Shown one piece after another: positions 20,851 to 30,845 of a stretch of 64,000 bases of DNA (position 1 is its first letter; each line of letters opens with the position of its first letter). The notes beneath the pieces are model-generated. The model made no database searches, was not told the origin of the DNA, and was given only the letters and a program-made list of their open reading frames with translations. Made by a program: the position numbers and the translations under genes. This stretch comes from Desulfatiglandales bacterium (lineage in GTDB: Bacteria; Desulfobacterota; DSM-4660; Desulfatiglandales; Desulfatiglandaceae). Where the stretch lies: positions 1,088,001-1,152,000 of the forward strand of contig OY759599.1 in NCBI GenBank assembly GCA_963662465.1, read 5' to 3'.

Positions 20851-21075
20851 AGAAGTTCAGATCGATAATTTGGGTAGTCCCTGTAGAACAGTGCATGTCA
20901 ATAATTTCAGCATGTTGCATATGATGTCTGCTGGCAGATCTTGACACAAAATCAGGCGTTTGCAAGGTAATGCGGGGCAAGTACCTCCACCAACCTGCAT
21001 TGCTTTGTAGGGACTACCGAATTGTTGAAAAGGCCGACACAAGGGTGAAACATGGAGAAACCAAAGTCGTCAAAC

Positions 21076-21227
21076 ATGAAAATTCTGATTGTCGATGATG
21101 ATAAAAGACTGTGCGGACTACCTGGAGCCCATGGGGTATGAGGTAAAAAAAGCCCACAACGGGCAGGATCGGCGCAAGCTCGGGGAAAATCCCCGCTACC
21201 CCGGATTCATTCAAACAGTCAGAAGCG
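21076..21227 (+). pseudogene. Internally deleted OmpR/CpxR-family regulator
   Basis: MKILIVDDDKRL / DYLEPMGYEVKKAHNGQD joined directly to RRKLGENPRYPGFIQTVRS; the latter matches nt 77-134. Confidence 0.75.
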
Positions 21228-21615
21228 AAAGAATCTCTTTCAATTCATTTCCCATCAGGGGTTTCATGATCACGGCCTTAATGCCCATTTGCGCGGCCTC
21301 TTCTTTGGAAAAATTGATGTCGGATCCCGTACACATGATAATAGGTATGCTTTTTCGGATCTTCACGATTTCGAGAGCCAGCCGGTCCCCCGTCATGATC
21401 GGCATATTCATATCGGTGATGACCAGATTAAAATCGAACCGTTTTCGTTGGAAATGATCCAAAGCCTCCATTGGATCTGTTTGGAAATCGACCTGATATC
21501 CCAAATGCTCAAGCATTTCGCATGCCACATTTCCAACCATCCAATCGTCGTCTACCAAGAGAATTTTCTTCCTGCCGTTTGAGGATTTCCGTGCCTTCTT
21601 TTTGCAAGGATACAT
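21211..21615 (-). CDS. Stand-alone receiver-domain protein
   Basis: ILLVDDD, LVITDMNMP, IIMCTG, MKP. Confidence 0.8.
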   Translation of the reverse strand: MYPCKKKARKSSNGRKKILLVDDDWMVGNVACEMLEHLGYQVDFQTDPMEALDHFQRKRFDFNLVITDMNMPIMTGDRLALEIVKIRKSIPIIMCTGSDINFSKEEAAQMGIKAVIMKPLMGNELKEILSLLTV

Positions 21616-21650
21616 CCGTTGTTTCCCCCATGTTGATGGTGTATTTCAGA

Positions 21651-21770
21651 TTAATTATTTTTGCTTGCTGTTTCCCAGGGGGATTATTCCCCGGAGCTTC
21701 GCATGTAATATAGCAGGGGAATGTAAAGGGATTTTGTTGATCACGTTAAGCTTTTGTAAAATTGTAAAGT
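21651..21770 (-). promoter_or_regulatory. Type-2 promoter/leader copy; 21651-21724 is duplicated at 175-248
   Basis: Direct comparison of TTAATTATTTTTG(C/G)TTGCTGTTTCCCAGGGGGATTATTC... Confidence 0.7.
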
Positions 21771-21780
21771 AGACGAGATG

Positions 21781-21905
21781 GGTCCCTTATGACCGGCGCA
21801 TTGGACGGCGTTTCTCAAAACGTTTGAAAGTGCCCGGCGAAGAAGGTTGTCAACGGCCTAGACGGAAATATTGTCAACCACACGGTTCAGAATCTTCACC
21901 TCCTC
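21781..21905 (-). pseudogene. Histidine kinase ATPase-domain remnant, copy 2
   Basis: LLRRALSNVLRNAVQ preceded by an in-frame stop. Confidence 0.55.
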
Positions 21906-21973
21906 TTTACAAAACATTTACAAAACCTTGAAAAATCCCTCAAAAGGATTTTACAAACAAGTGATAGGTTGAA
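21906..21973 (+). promoter_or_regulatory. Repeated promoter box (type 1), copy 4
   Basis: TTTACAAAACATTTACAAAACCTTGAAAA...AAGGATTTTACAAAC. Confidence 0.75.
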
Positions 21974-22038
21974 TCGAAACGGTGAAGGTGTTTCGAATAA
22001 CGGTGGTCATCAAACAAAAAGGAATGGAAGGAAGTTTT

Positions 22039-22482
22039 ATGATGGGAAAGATAAAATTGATATTAAATGTCCTGTGTTTTACCGTCATAACAATGAATTC
22101 CGCATTTGCCTTGGAGAGCGCTGGGGAAAATTCTTCACAGAGCATGATTGAACGTCATGACCGGGATGGCGACAACAGGGTATCCATGGAAGAATTCCCA
22201 GGTCCGGATGATCATTTCATCCGCATGGATCTGGACGGCGATGGCTTCATCAATCAGGAAGAAGCCCGACAGGCCCCTCGACCTGACGGGCAGGAAGGCC
22301 GCGTACCAGGCAAATTCACGGAAGATGATGGCGATGGAGACGGGGTTGTTTCCCGCACCGAGTTCTCGGGGCCGGCCGATCATTTTGACCGACTGGATTT
22401 GAATGGAGATGGCGCCATCCAGGAAAGCGAAGCGCGGCAGAGTCCTCCCGGCATGGCACGCTCAAACCAAAGGAATCGGTGA
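22039..22482 (+). CDS. Secreted EF-hand calcium-binding protein
   Basis: Signal peptide; four loops DRDGDNRVSMEE, DLDGDGFINQEE, DGDGDGVVSRTE, DLNGDGAIQESE. Confidence 0.85.
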   Translation: MMGKIKLILNVLCFTVITMNSAFALESAGENSSQSMIERHDRDGDNRVSMEEFPGPDDHFIRMDLDGDGFINQEEARQAPRPDGQEGRVPGKFTEDDGDGDGVVSRTEFSGPADHFDRLDLNGDGAIQESEARQSPPGMARSNQRNR

Positions 22483-23174
22483 ACGAATCCATGAGCCAAA
22501 AAACGGTTTTATTAATTGCCGGGACCACGGAAATCTATTTAGACTTAAAGCATATTTTGGAACGGGACCATGTCCTCATCCGTCGGATTGAACGCTGGGA
22601 GAGCAAACAATCCCTTTCCGAAACCGACGGCCCTCAGCTGATTGTGCTCTATTGCTCCGGATCGGGAGTGGACGGGCTGAACGTATGTCAGGAGATCCGT
22701 GGGCGATATTCGGGGCTTCTGGTTCTTGTTTCAGAATACAGAGACGAACAGTTTCATGTCCTTGCATTGGGTTTGGGCGCGGATGCCTCTCTCCCCGCAT
22801 CAGCAGGTGCGCCGCTGGTGGCGGCAAATATCAGAGCGTTGTTGCGACGGTTTGTGCCTGCCGGACCTTCGTCGGTGCTGATTTTCGGCGAGTTGATGGT
22901 CAATGCCAACAGGCGGGATGTCTTTGTGGCGGGTCGGGCGGTACAGCTTTCCACCATCGAATTTCAACTTTTCTGGTGTCTTTGCCAAAAACCCGGGCTT
23001 GTGGTCACCCGCGATGAAATTTTCCTCGAAATTTATCACGCGGCCTATAACGGATACGACCGCAATATTGATCTGTATGTGTCACGAATCCGGCAGAAAA
23101 TCGGGGATGACCCCACGTTCCCCCGTTACTTGAAAACCGTCCGCGGTGTCGGGTATCAATTTGTGGGGGAGTAG
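22479..23174 (+). CDS. OmpR/RstA-family regulator with degenerate receiver
   Basis: DRNIDLYVSRIRQKIGDDP...KTVRGVGY; receiver lacks the acidic pocket. Confidence 0.85.
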   Translation: MNESMSQKTVLLIAGTTEIYLDLKHILERDHVLIRRIERWESKQSLSETDGPQLIVLYCSGSGVDGLNVCQEIRGRYSGLLVLVSEYRDEQFHVLALGLGADASLPASAGAPLVAANIRALLRRFVPAGPSSVLIFGELMVNANRRDVFVAGRAVQLSTIEFQLFWCLCQKPGLVVTRDEIFLEIYHAAYNGYDRNIDLYVSRIRQKIGDDPTFPRYLKTVRGVGYQFVGE

Positions 23175-23361
23175 CTCCGGCAGACTGTCGGCCAATTTCA
23201 AAATCGTTTCCCGGGAAATCAGATCACACCATGATACAAATTGTTACCTCCCAGTGACAATACCGCTATAAAGTATCCGTTAAACAGGACGATATAAAAA
23301 ACATGGAAAGACGGTCTATCAATTAAGACTCACCCAAAAAATAATTTCAAGGAGGTCAAAC

Positions 23362-23838
23362 ATGATCAATAGTATCGACAGCACAAACAGCACCATGTCC
23401 ATGATGCGCAGTGGTTCCATGGAAAGGCATCAGCCGCCTCCGGGCAAAGATGTTTTCCAAACGACGGACTCAGATCGAGACGGTCTGGTTTCCAGGTCCG
23501 AACTTGAGACCCTGGCGAAGGGCATTGAGGAAATTACCGGGTCCAGTATCGACGTTGATGAAGCGCTCAGCAGTTTTGATGCCGATGAGGATGGGGCCTT
23601 AAGCGGTGAGGAGTTGAAGGAATTTATGGAGAACAACGGATTTGCTCCACCTGGGATGTTCCAGAATGATAAAGGAGAAGCCGTGAGGATGCTGCCACCG
23701 CCTCCGCCCTCTTCTGAACATGCGATTTCGGCCTATGACGATAATTCAGGAGAAGATCAAATAGAGCAATTGATCGCGTTGTTGAAGGAGCAGAATGGTG
23801 ATAGCTGGGAAGTCTCTTCCGTTGATGTTACCGCTTGA
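23362..23838 (+). CDS. EF-hand protein
   Basis: AGGAGG SD; DSDRDGLVSRSE and DADEDGALSGEE. Confidence 0.8.
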   Translation: MINSIDSTNSTMSMMRSGSMERHQPPPGKDVFQTTDSDRDGLVSRSELETLAKGIEEITGSSIDVDEALSSFDADEDGALSGEELKEFMENNGFAPPGMFQNDKGEAVRMLPPPPPSSEHAISAYDDNSGEDQIEQLIALLKEQNGDSWEVSSVDVTA

Positions 23839-23976
23839 GAGTGAAATTTCCTGCCTTTTCATAAAACCTGATCAAAATCCGTATCGGCTGTGGGACATGC
23901 GTCAAAACCTGTCCCACAGATGTTAGTGCCTTGCCCTTCAACCGATGTTTGAAAACACGGAATTTCCGGGTCCATT

Positions 23977-24170
23977 CCATCAAAAATCAGCGTTTTTATG
24001 GTTTTAAAAAATTCAGTCTCAAGAACAACTGCAAGGACGCGTCGGCCATTCACGAATTGACGGCCTCTGAACTTTACCGTGATTTTGGCCTGAAAAGCTC
24101 ACATGCCGCTTTCTACAAGCTCTATGTGGATACCGGCAACGGGCCTGTTTACTTCGGGCTTTATACCCTG
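23977..24170 (+). pseudogene. Internal fragment of a third CotH gene
   Basis: IKNQRFYGFKKFSLKNNCKD...YFGLYTL, matching both paralogs. Confidence 0.85.
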
Positions 24171-24314
24171 TCGCTGACGCCCACTTTGATCGATGCCGCT
24201 CGGGGTTGACCATTATCAAGTATCCAGATCTGGCGACCATTACCGAAAATATCTCTTTTTTCATGGTTTTCCTTTGTCCGTTTGGGAGGGCCGGGCAAAA
24301 GCGAATCCATCAGT
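24170..24314 (-). repeat. 145-bp copy of the efflux adaptor gene 3' region (33868-34012)
   Basis: Near-identical direct repeat encoding LMDSLLPGPPKRTKENHEKRDI...IKVGVSD. Confidence 0.9.
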
Positions 24315-24400
24315 AAAGGGCGTCCATTTGTACACTTGACAGATGTCCTGTTTAAGAGAGCTTGATAAATAAGGTGATACATCCAGTTGTTGTAGTAAAA

Positions 24401-24415
24401 TTTCCTTATAGGAAA
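24401..24415. promoter_or_regulatory. Candidate operator palindrome
   Basis: TTTCCT-TAT-AGGAAA just upstream of TTGACA (24424) and the XRE gene. Confidence 0.4.
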
Positions 24416-24532
24416 CTTTTTGGTTGACAAACAGGATAAAGGTCTATTATTTTTCTTCTAAAATGAAATATATGCTTTTTTTAAGTAAACTTATTGATAG
24501 GTCTTTTTCGCAATCGCGAAGGGAATAGACAC

Positions 24533-25096
24533 ATGATTCCGGAATCGGAAATCGGAAAAAACATACGGCGAATACGAAAAGAAAGGGGTTTGACTCTCGA
24601 GGATGTGGCTCAAAAAGCCGGTTTCAGCAGGGGGTATTTGTCCAAAGTGGAGCATTCGGACAAAGCGCCCCCCGTTTCAACCCTGCTGAACATTTCGGAA
24701 GCACTTCATGTGAGCGTCTCTGAGATTCTAGGGGAAGTTCAGGAGCAACCCTCGTGTTCTCTGGTCAGATTGGCTGAACGCCAGCTCATGGCCCGCGGCG
24801 CCACCATGTTCGGGTATTCTTATGAGACGCTTGCCCATAAGTACCCTCAAAAACATATGGAACCCTATATTCTGACCATCCCCAAGGAATTGGCGCAGAC
24901 CCCCCTTTTTCAGCACAAAGGGGAAGAGATGATGATGATTCTGGAAGGGAGTATGAATTTTTTTCACGGGGAAAATGAATATGTGATGCACAAAGGGGAT
25001 TGCATCTATTTCGATTCGGGTATTTCCCACCGGGGTATCTCAGTGGGTGAGGGCGCCGTTAAGGTTCTGATGGTTATTTTTTCACCCCTGGGTTGA
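24533..25096 (+). CDS. XRE-family HTH-cupin transcriptional regulator
   Basis: IRRIRKERGLTLEDVA...YLSKVE; cupin HKGEE...GDCIYFDS..H. Confidence 0.9.
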   Translation: MIPESEIGKNIRRIRKERGLTLEDVAQKAGFSRGYLSKVEHSDKAPPVSTLLNISEALHVSVSEILGEVQEQPSCSLVRLAERQLMARGATMFGYSYETLAHKYPQKHMEPYILTIPKELAQTPLFQHKGEEMMMILEGSMNFFHGENEYVMHKGDCIYFDSGISHRGISVGEGAVKVLMVIFSPLG

Positions 25097-25109
25097 GGAG
25101 TTTGAATTT

Positions 25110-26060
25110 ATGGAACAGCGTCATTTGAAACAGATCGGTGTACTGGGCGCCGGTCTTATGGGACATGGCATCGCACAAATATTTGCACGACACGGGTTAA
25201 CGGTCAATCTTTTTGATATTGATTCCAAAATGCTTGATTCCGCTCCCGAGCGCATCCGCCGAAACTTTGAACCCTTCATTCGTCTGAAAATGGCCGGTCC
25301 TGAAGATGTTGAAAATACCTTGGCCCATATTCATCTCTGCCAAAGCCTGGATGAATTCTGCCGGGGGGTGGATCTGATCATTGAAGCGGTGAGTGAACGG
25401 CTCGAAGTCAAACGCCGGATATTTTCCCAACTGGAAGAAAAAGTTTCTTCGGATACAATCCTGGCGAGCAATACCTCCGCCATCAGCATCAGCGAAATTG
25501 CCCATGATACCCACTATCCCGAGCGGATACTGGGAACCCATTTCTGGAACCCGCCCCATGTCATTCCCTGTGTAGAGGTCATCAAAGGTAACGAAACCAG
25601 TTCACAGGTATTTGATACGGTCTATGGACTCCTTCTGGACGTGGGTAAAAAGCCGGTAAAGGTTCTTAAAGACGTACCCGGTTTTCTAGGGAACCGAATG
25701 CAGCACGCCCTCTGGCGCGAGGCCATCAAACTGGTAGAAGAGGGCATTGCCGCGCCCCAGGATGTGGATGACGTGGTGCGCTACGGATTCGGCATCAGGC
25801 TGGCATTCCTGGGGCCATTGCAGACCGCCGATTTGGCGGGTCTTGACCTGACTTGTCTTATTCAGAAAGATCTGTTTCCCCATTTGGACCGTTCCACGGC
25901 GCCTTCGTCAATTTTGGAGCGCAAAGTTCAGGAAGGAGATCTTGGCGTCAAAACGGGCCGCGGGTTTCATGACTGGCCCCCTGAAGTCATTCGGCAGGTT
26001 ATACCGGTTCGGGATGAAGTGCTGTTGCGGCTCATTGAACAGGTAAAAGCATTCGAATGA
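25110..26060 (+). CDS. 3-hydroxyacyl-CoA dehydrogenase family protein
   Basis: GAGLMGHG, IEAVSE, SNTS, HFWNPP, PGFLGNR. Confidence 0.9.
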   Translation: MEQRHLKQIGVLGAGLMGHGIAQIFARHGLTVNLFDIDSKMLDSAPERIRRNFEPFIRLKMAGPEDVENTLAHIHLCQSLDEFCRGVDLIIEAVSERLEVKRRIFSQLEEKVSSDTILASNTSAISISEIAHDTHYPERILGTHFWNPPHVIPCVEVIKGNETSSQVFDTVYGLLLDVGKKPVKVLKDVPGFLGNRMQHALWREAIKLVEEGIAAPQDVDDVVRYGFGIRLAFLGPLQTADLAGLDLTCLIQKDLFPHLDRSTAPSSILERKVQEGDLGVKTGRGFHDWPPEVIRQVIPVRDEVLLRLIEQVKAFE

Positions 26061-26097
26061 AACATCGGGTCCGGCTTGAGGTATCGGAGGATTTCTC

Positions 26098-26958
26098 ATG
26101 AATGAAATCGCCGTCTTTTTTCTGCACGGTCTAGCCTACGCAGGCTTATTGTTCCTTGTTTCCTCCGGGCTCACGCTGGTGTTCGGCATGATGAGCGTAT
26201 TGAACTTCGCACATGCATCGTTTTACATGCTGGGGGCTTATTTCGCCTACTGGCTGCTTCAGGTAACTGGAAATTTCTGGCTGGCGCTGCTCATCAGTCC
26301 ACTGCTGCTGCTGATCATTGGCGCCCTGGTGGAGCGATTTCTCCTGCGAAAGGTCCATGTGCTGGGGCATGTCCATGAACTGCTTTTGACCTTTGGTCTG
26401 GCCTACATTATCGACGAGGGCGTCAAATTGATCTGGGGAACGGACCCCCACGCCATCATCATCAGCGGATTTCTGGCGGGGACGGTAAACATTATGGGCA
26501 TCACCTACCCGGTGTACCGCCTTTTTGTTTTCGGTGTGTCGGTGGCCCTGGGTCTGCTCATGTGGCTGATTCTGTTTAAGACCCGAATCGGTATCATCGT
26601 TCGCGCTGCTGTGGAAGACAGTCCCATGGTGGGGTCACTGGGCATTAATGTTCCGTTTGTGTTCATGGGCGTTTTTTCGGTGGGTGCCGCCCTGTCGGGT
26701 TTGGCGGGGGTTACCGCGGGACCACTGCTCAGTGTGGACCCGGGCATGGCGGGTGCGATTCTGGTGGATGCATTCGTTGTGATTGTGGTGGGCGGCATGG
26801 GCAGTCTGGGGGGAGCGGTCCTGGCCTCCTTCATTATCGGAGAACTTCAGGCCTTCGGGGTGCTGCTGTTTCCGGATTTTTCCCTGGCGCTGATCTATAT
26901 GCTCATGGCGGCGGTTCTGATTATTCGGCCGGAAGGCCTCTTTGGGGAGAAGCAATGA
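26098..26958 (+). CDS. Branched-chain amino acid-type ABC permease (LivH-like)
   Basis: GLTLVFGMMSVLNFAH; IRPEGLFG. Confidence 0.9.
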   Translation: MNEIAVFFLHGLAYAGLLFLVSSGLTLVFGMMSVLNFAHASFYMLGAYFAYWLLQVTGNFWLALLISPLLLLIIGALVERFLLRKVHVLGHVHELLLTFGLAYIIDEGVKLIWGTDPHAIIISGFLAGTVNIMGITYPVYRLFVFGVSVALGLLMWLILFKTRIGIIVRAAVEDSPMVGSLGINVPFVFMGVFSVGAALSGLAGVTAGPLLSVDPGMAGAILVDAFVVIVVGGMGSLGGAVLASFIIGELQAFGVLLFPDFSLALIYMLMAAVLIIRPEGLFGEKQ

Positions 26959-27977
26959 TGGCGCGCAGGCATATCTCCGTTTCCAGTTTCGGTGTGTGGG
27001 CTGTATTTCTTGCGGCGGCCATGCTGCCGTGGATTATCCAAGGATATCAACTGCGTCTCATGACCGAAGTCATCATCTTTTCCCTTTTTGCGGTGAGTTA
27101 TAATCTCCTTTTGGGCTACGCGGGTCTCCTCTCCTTTGGCCATGCCATGTTTTTTGGCACCGGCGCATTTGCCGTGGCCATCCTGCTCGAACATTTTTCG
27201 GGCCTTCCCCTCCTTTTGGCTGTGACCCTGGCCACGGCCGTGACGACTTTGGCGGGCTTTTTGGTGGGATGCCTTTTGCTTCGTGTCAAAGGGACACCCT
27301 TTGCGCTGTTGACACTGGCATTTAATGCCCTGTTTTACGCCATCGCCGTCAAATGGTCCGGTCTCACCGGTGGCGATGATGGACTGATTATTGACCCCCC
27401 GAAGCTCGATCTGTGGCTGGTAACCCTGGACCCCGCCAAAGGCCCGGATTTCTATTATCTGACCCTGGCGATTTTGGGGCCGGTGATGCTTTTTTGCTGG
27501 TATTTCACGCACACGGCCATGGGGCGTACGGTTCTTCTGATGCGTGAAAATGAGGACCGCATGCGTTTTCTCGGATACAATACGCTTCTGGTCCGTTTAA
27601 ACCTTTTCACCCTGACCGCGGGATTGGCCGGTTTGGCGGGTTCTTTCTACAGCCTTTTTTTTGCCTTTGTCTCCGTTGATGCCATCAGCATTGAAATGAC
27701 CACCACGGTGCTGCTTATGACGTTTATCGGGGGCACGGGGCATTTTGTAGGCCCCATTCTGGGGGTTGGTGTATTTACCTATCTTCAGAATTTTCTCAGC
27801 GAATTGACCGAAAACTGGCCTTTAATCATGGGAGTGCTGTTCATTCTCATGGTGTTGTTTACTCCCGGCGGGCTGGTGGGTATCATCAGAGGGATGGCTG
27901 GATGGTTACAATCCCGAAAAAAAATACGGGGCCTGCCGAAAGGAGAAAACAGTCGTCATGTCCATTCTGGAAGCTAA
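26955..27977 (+). CDS. Branched-chain amino acid-type ABC permease (LivM-like)
   Basis: GYAGLLSFGHAMFFG; TGGDDG; PGGLVG. Confidence 0.9.
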   Translation: MMARRHISVSSFGVWAVFLAAAMLPWIIQGYQLRLMTEVIIFSLFAVSYNLLLGYAGLLSFGHAMFFGTGAFAVAILLEHFSGLPLLLAVTLATAVTTLAGFLVGCLLLRVKGTPFALLTLAFNALFYAIAVKWSGLTGGDDGLIIDPPKLDLWLVTLDPAKGPDFYYLTLAILGPVMLFCWYFTHTAMGRTVLLMRENEDRMRFLGYNTLLVRLNLFTLTAGLAGLAGSFYSLFFAFVSVDAISIEMTTTVLLMTFIGGTGHFVGPILGVGVFTYLQNFLSELTENWPLIMGVLFILMVLFTPGGLVGIIRGMAGWLQSRKKIRGLPKGENSRHVHSGS

Positions 27978-28704
27978 GGGGATTGAAAAGGATTTCTCGG
28001 GGCTGAAAGTCCTTACCGGGGTGGACTTTCAGGTGGCGGCGGGTGAGCGTTTTGCCATCATTGGACCCAACGGGGCGGGAAAAACCACCTTGTTCAATAT
28101 TTTGAGTGGGGCCTTTTCCCCTACCAGAGGAAATGTTTTGTTCAAAGGAAAAGACATTTCAGGAAAGCCTCCCCATCAGCGCAACCGCCTGGGTATGTCC
28201 AGATCCTTTCAGATTACCAATGTATTCCGGGAACTTTCGGTGTTTGACAATGTGATGGCGGGGGTGCGGTCCCGGGCGGGGTTGCGCTGCCATTTCTTTC
28301 GCCGTCCTCTTAAGAATCGTAAGCTGCGGGATCGTACCGAGGAAATTTTAAAGCAGGTGGGTCTCCTGGATGAACGGGATACCCCGGCCCATGAACTGGC
28401 TTACGGACAGCAGCGGGCGCTGGAAATGGGAATTACCCTGTCAACCATGCCGGATTTGATCCTTCTGGACGAACCCACCGCCGGCATGAGTCGGCAGGAG
28501 ACGGAAGACGCCATTCAAATGATCCGACGGGTCACCCAATCGAAGACCTGTATCATCATTGAACATGACATGAACGTGGTTTTTTCTTTGGCCGACCGAA
28601 TTTCCGTGCTTCATTACGGGGTGATTCTGGCCTGCGGCCTACCGGACGATATTCGCAACGATCAGCGGGTGAAAGATGCCTATCTGGGACAGGACAGCCA
28701 ATGA
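27958..28704 (+). CDS. ABC ATPase (LivG-like)
   Basis: GPNGAGKTT; LAYGQQR; LLDEP; AYLG. Confidence 0.9.
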   Translation: MSILEAKGIEKDFSGLKVLTGVDFQVAAGERFAIIGPNGAGKTTLFNILSGAFSPTRGNVLFKGKDISGKPPHQRNRLGMSRSFQITNVFRELSVFDNVMAGVRSRAGLRCHFFRRPLKNRKLRDRTEEILKQVGLLDERDTPAHELAYGQQRALEMGITLSTMPDLILLDEPTAGMSRQETEDAIQMIRRVTQSKTCIIIEHDMNVVFSLADRISVLHYGVILACGLPDDIRNDQRVKDAYLGQDSQ

Positions 28705-29411
28705 TTCTGGAAATTAAAGACCTTCACGCCTATTACGGAGAAAGCCACATTCTGCAGTCTGTGGACCTGGCTTTGGATCAAGGGGAACTGGTTTGTCTGC
28801 TGGGCCGAAACGGGGTGGGCAAGTCCACGACCCTGAAAAGCATCATGGGGCTGGTCCCTCCCAGAAATGGCAGCGTGTTGTTCCATGGACGGCAGCTGGC
28901 CGGTTTGGCCCCGTATCAAATTGCCCGTCTGGGGGTGGGTTACGTACCTGAAGAGCGCCAGATTTTCAAAGGGCTCACGGTCCTGGAGAATTTGATGATC
29001 GGTATCAAAAAGGCGCATGTCCAAACGGACCGGGATCCCTGGAGCGTCGAAATGATATTTGAAATGTTCACCCGGCTGGGTGAACGTCGCCATCAAAAGG
29101 GCGGACATCTTTCCGGCGGTGAGCAGCAGATGCTCACCGTTGCACGCACCCTCATGGGAAACCCCGAGCTGATTCTGGTGGATGAACCGACTGAAGGGCT
29201 GGCGCCTCTGGTGGCCGACAGCGTTTTAAGAATGCTCGGCACCATCAGCCATTCGGGGGTGACCATTTTGATGGTGGAACAAAACTACAAAGCTGCCCTC
29301 AAAATGGCAGGCAGTTTTTACATTATGAGTAAAGGTCGAATGATCTTTCATGGAGACGGCAAGGCACTGGTGGCCGCCGAAGACATACGGAAAAAATATC
29401 TGGAGGTCTAG
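28701..29411 (+). CDS. ABC ATPase (LivF-like)
   Basis: GRNGVGKST; LSGGEQQM; DEPTEGLAP. Confidence 0.9.
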   Translation: MILEIKDLHAYYGESHILQSVDLALDQGELVCLLGRNGVGKSTTLKSIMGLVPPRNGSVLFHGRQLAGLAPYQIARLGVGYVPEERQIFKGLTVLENLMIGIKKAHVQTDRDPWSVEMIFEMFTRLGERRHQKGGHLSGGEQQMLTVARTLMGNPELILVDEPTEGLAPLVADSVLRMLGTISHSGVTILMVEQNYKAALKMAGSFYIMSKGRMIFHGDGKALVAAEDIRKKYLEV

Positions 29412-29501
29412 TTTATGCGGGAGGTGATGAAAAGGGATTGAGGAATCGGATGGTGAGGGAAAAAACCTGAAATTTTAAAAAATCAAATGGGAGGTAGCAA
29501 A

Positions 29502-30710
29502 ATGAAGAGACTGCTGACAATCTGTATCGGGCTTTTAACGGTCTTCATGCTGGCGACAACAGCCATGGCTGAGGGGACCATAAAAATTGCCGTGGTTGAG
29601 CCCCTTTCCGGAAACTTCAAAGACATCGGAGACCGTTATTTGGAAGGTGTGCAGTATGCCGCCAAAATGATCAATGAAAACGGTGGACTTCTGGGGAAAA
29701 AGGTCGAAGTCATTCCCATGGACAGTGAATTGAAACCCGCGGTTGCCGTGCGAAAGGCCACCAAATTGATGATGAAGGACGGCGTCAACTTCTTCGTGGG
29801 GGGGACAGGCAGTTCGGTGGGCGGCGCCATGTCGGTTCTGGCCGGCAAGAAAAACGCCATAATGCTCAGTTATGGCATGGCAGCCACGAGTCTCACCGGA
29901 GAAAAATGCAGCCGCAACTTCTTCCGAGCCTGTGCTACCACCGACAATCAGTCCTATGCCCTGGCCCACTGGGTGGCTGATCAGAAATTCAAGAAAGTCT
30001 TCTGTATTGCGCAGGACTACTCCTTCGGAAAACAGGCCGTGGACGCATTTGTGAGCAAACTCAAGGAACTCAATCCTGAAGCCGAAATCGTGGGAACGGC
30101 GATGCACCCCACCGGCACCAAGGATTTTGCCCCTTATGTGAGCCAGATCATCTCATCGGGCGCCGAGGTGGTGTTTACCTCCAACTGGGGAAATGATCTC
30201 ACCCTGCTCCTCAAACAGGCTAAGCCGCTGGGATTGAAGGCCAGGTTTGCCTGCTATTATCTCAATGACGAAAACGCCATTCAAGTGGTGGCTGACGATG
30301 ACGCGGTCGTCGGCAGTGTGACCGCCGAGATCTATATGTTGACCATTCCCACTGAAGCCAACAAGAAGTTCGTGGAGATGTTCAAAAAGACCGAGGGGCA
30401 CTACCCCACCTGGCTGCGTGGCAAATCTTATCTGGCCACCGCTTTTCTTTTCAAAGCCATTGAGAAAGCCGGCAGTACGGACGTGGACAAAGTGATTGCG
30501 GCATGGGAAGGCCTGGTTTACGATGGCCCGGCCGGAAAATGGACCATGCGGGCATGTGATCATCAGGCCCAGATGCCGGTGTGGATCGCTGAAATTGTCA
30601 AAAGCAATCCTTATTTTAAGCACGCTTATGTGGGCACACCCGAGGAAGTGTCTCCTGAAAAGGTGGCAGTCCCTTGTGATAAGACCGGTTGCCCCGGTTT
30701 TGCAAAATAG
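29502..30710 (+). CDS. ABC substrate-binding protein (Liv family)
   Basis: Signal peptide; INENGGLLGKKVE; DYSFG; MRACDHQ. Confidence 0.9.
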   Translation: MKRLLTICIGLLTVFMLATTAMAEGTIKIAVVEPLSGNFKDIGDRYLEGVQYAAKMINENGGLLGKKVEVIPMDSELKPAVAVRKATKLMMKDGVNFFVGGTGSSVGGAMSVLAGKKNAIMLSYGMAATSLTGEKCSRNFFRACATTDNQSYALAHWVADQKFKKVFCIAQDYSFGKQAVDAFVSKLKELNPEAEIVGTAMHPTGTKDFAPYVSQIISSGAEVVFTSNWGNDLTLLLKQAKPLGLKARFACYYLNDENAIQVVADDDAVVGSVTAEIYMLTIPTEANKKFVEMFKKTEGHYPTWLRGKSYLATAFLFKAIEKAGSTDVDKVIAAWEGLVYDGPAGKWTMRACDHQAQMPVWIAEIVKSNPYFKHAYVGTPEEVSPEKVAVPCDKTGCPGFAK

Positions 30711-30845
30711 TGCTGTTTGAAAAATATGATTCTTTGCCTCCATTCTGATCCGTGACGAATGGAGGCGACCCTGTTTTGAAAAGAATCGGTTTATGGGCGA
30801 CACAGGGCCGCACATTAAGAAAATCCGGAGATACCCGAGAAAATT

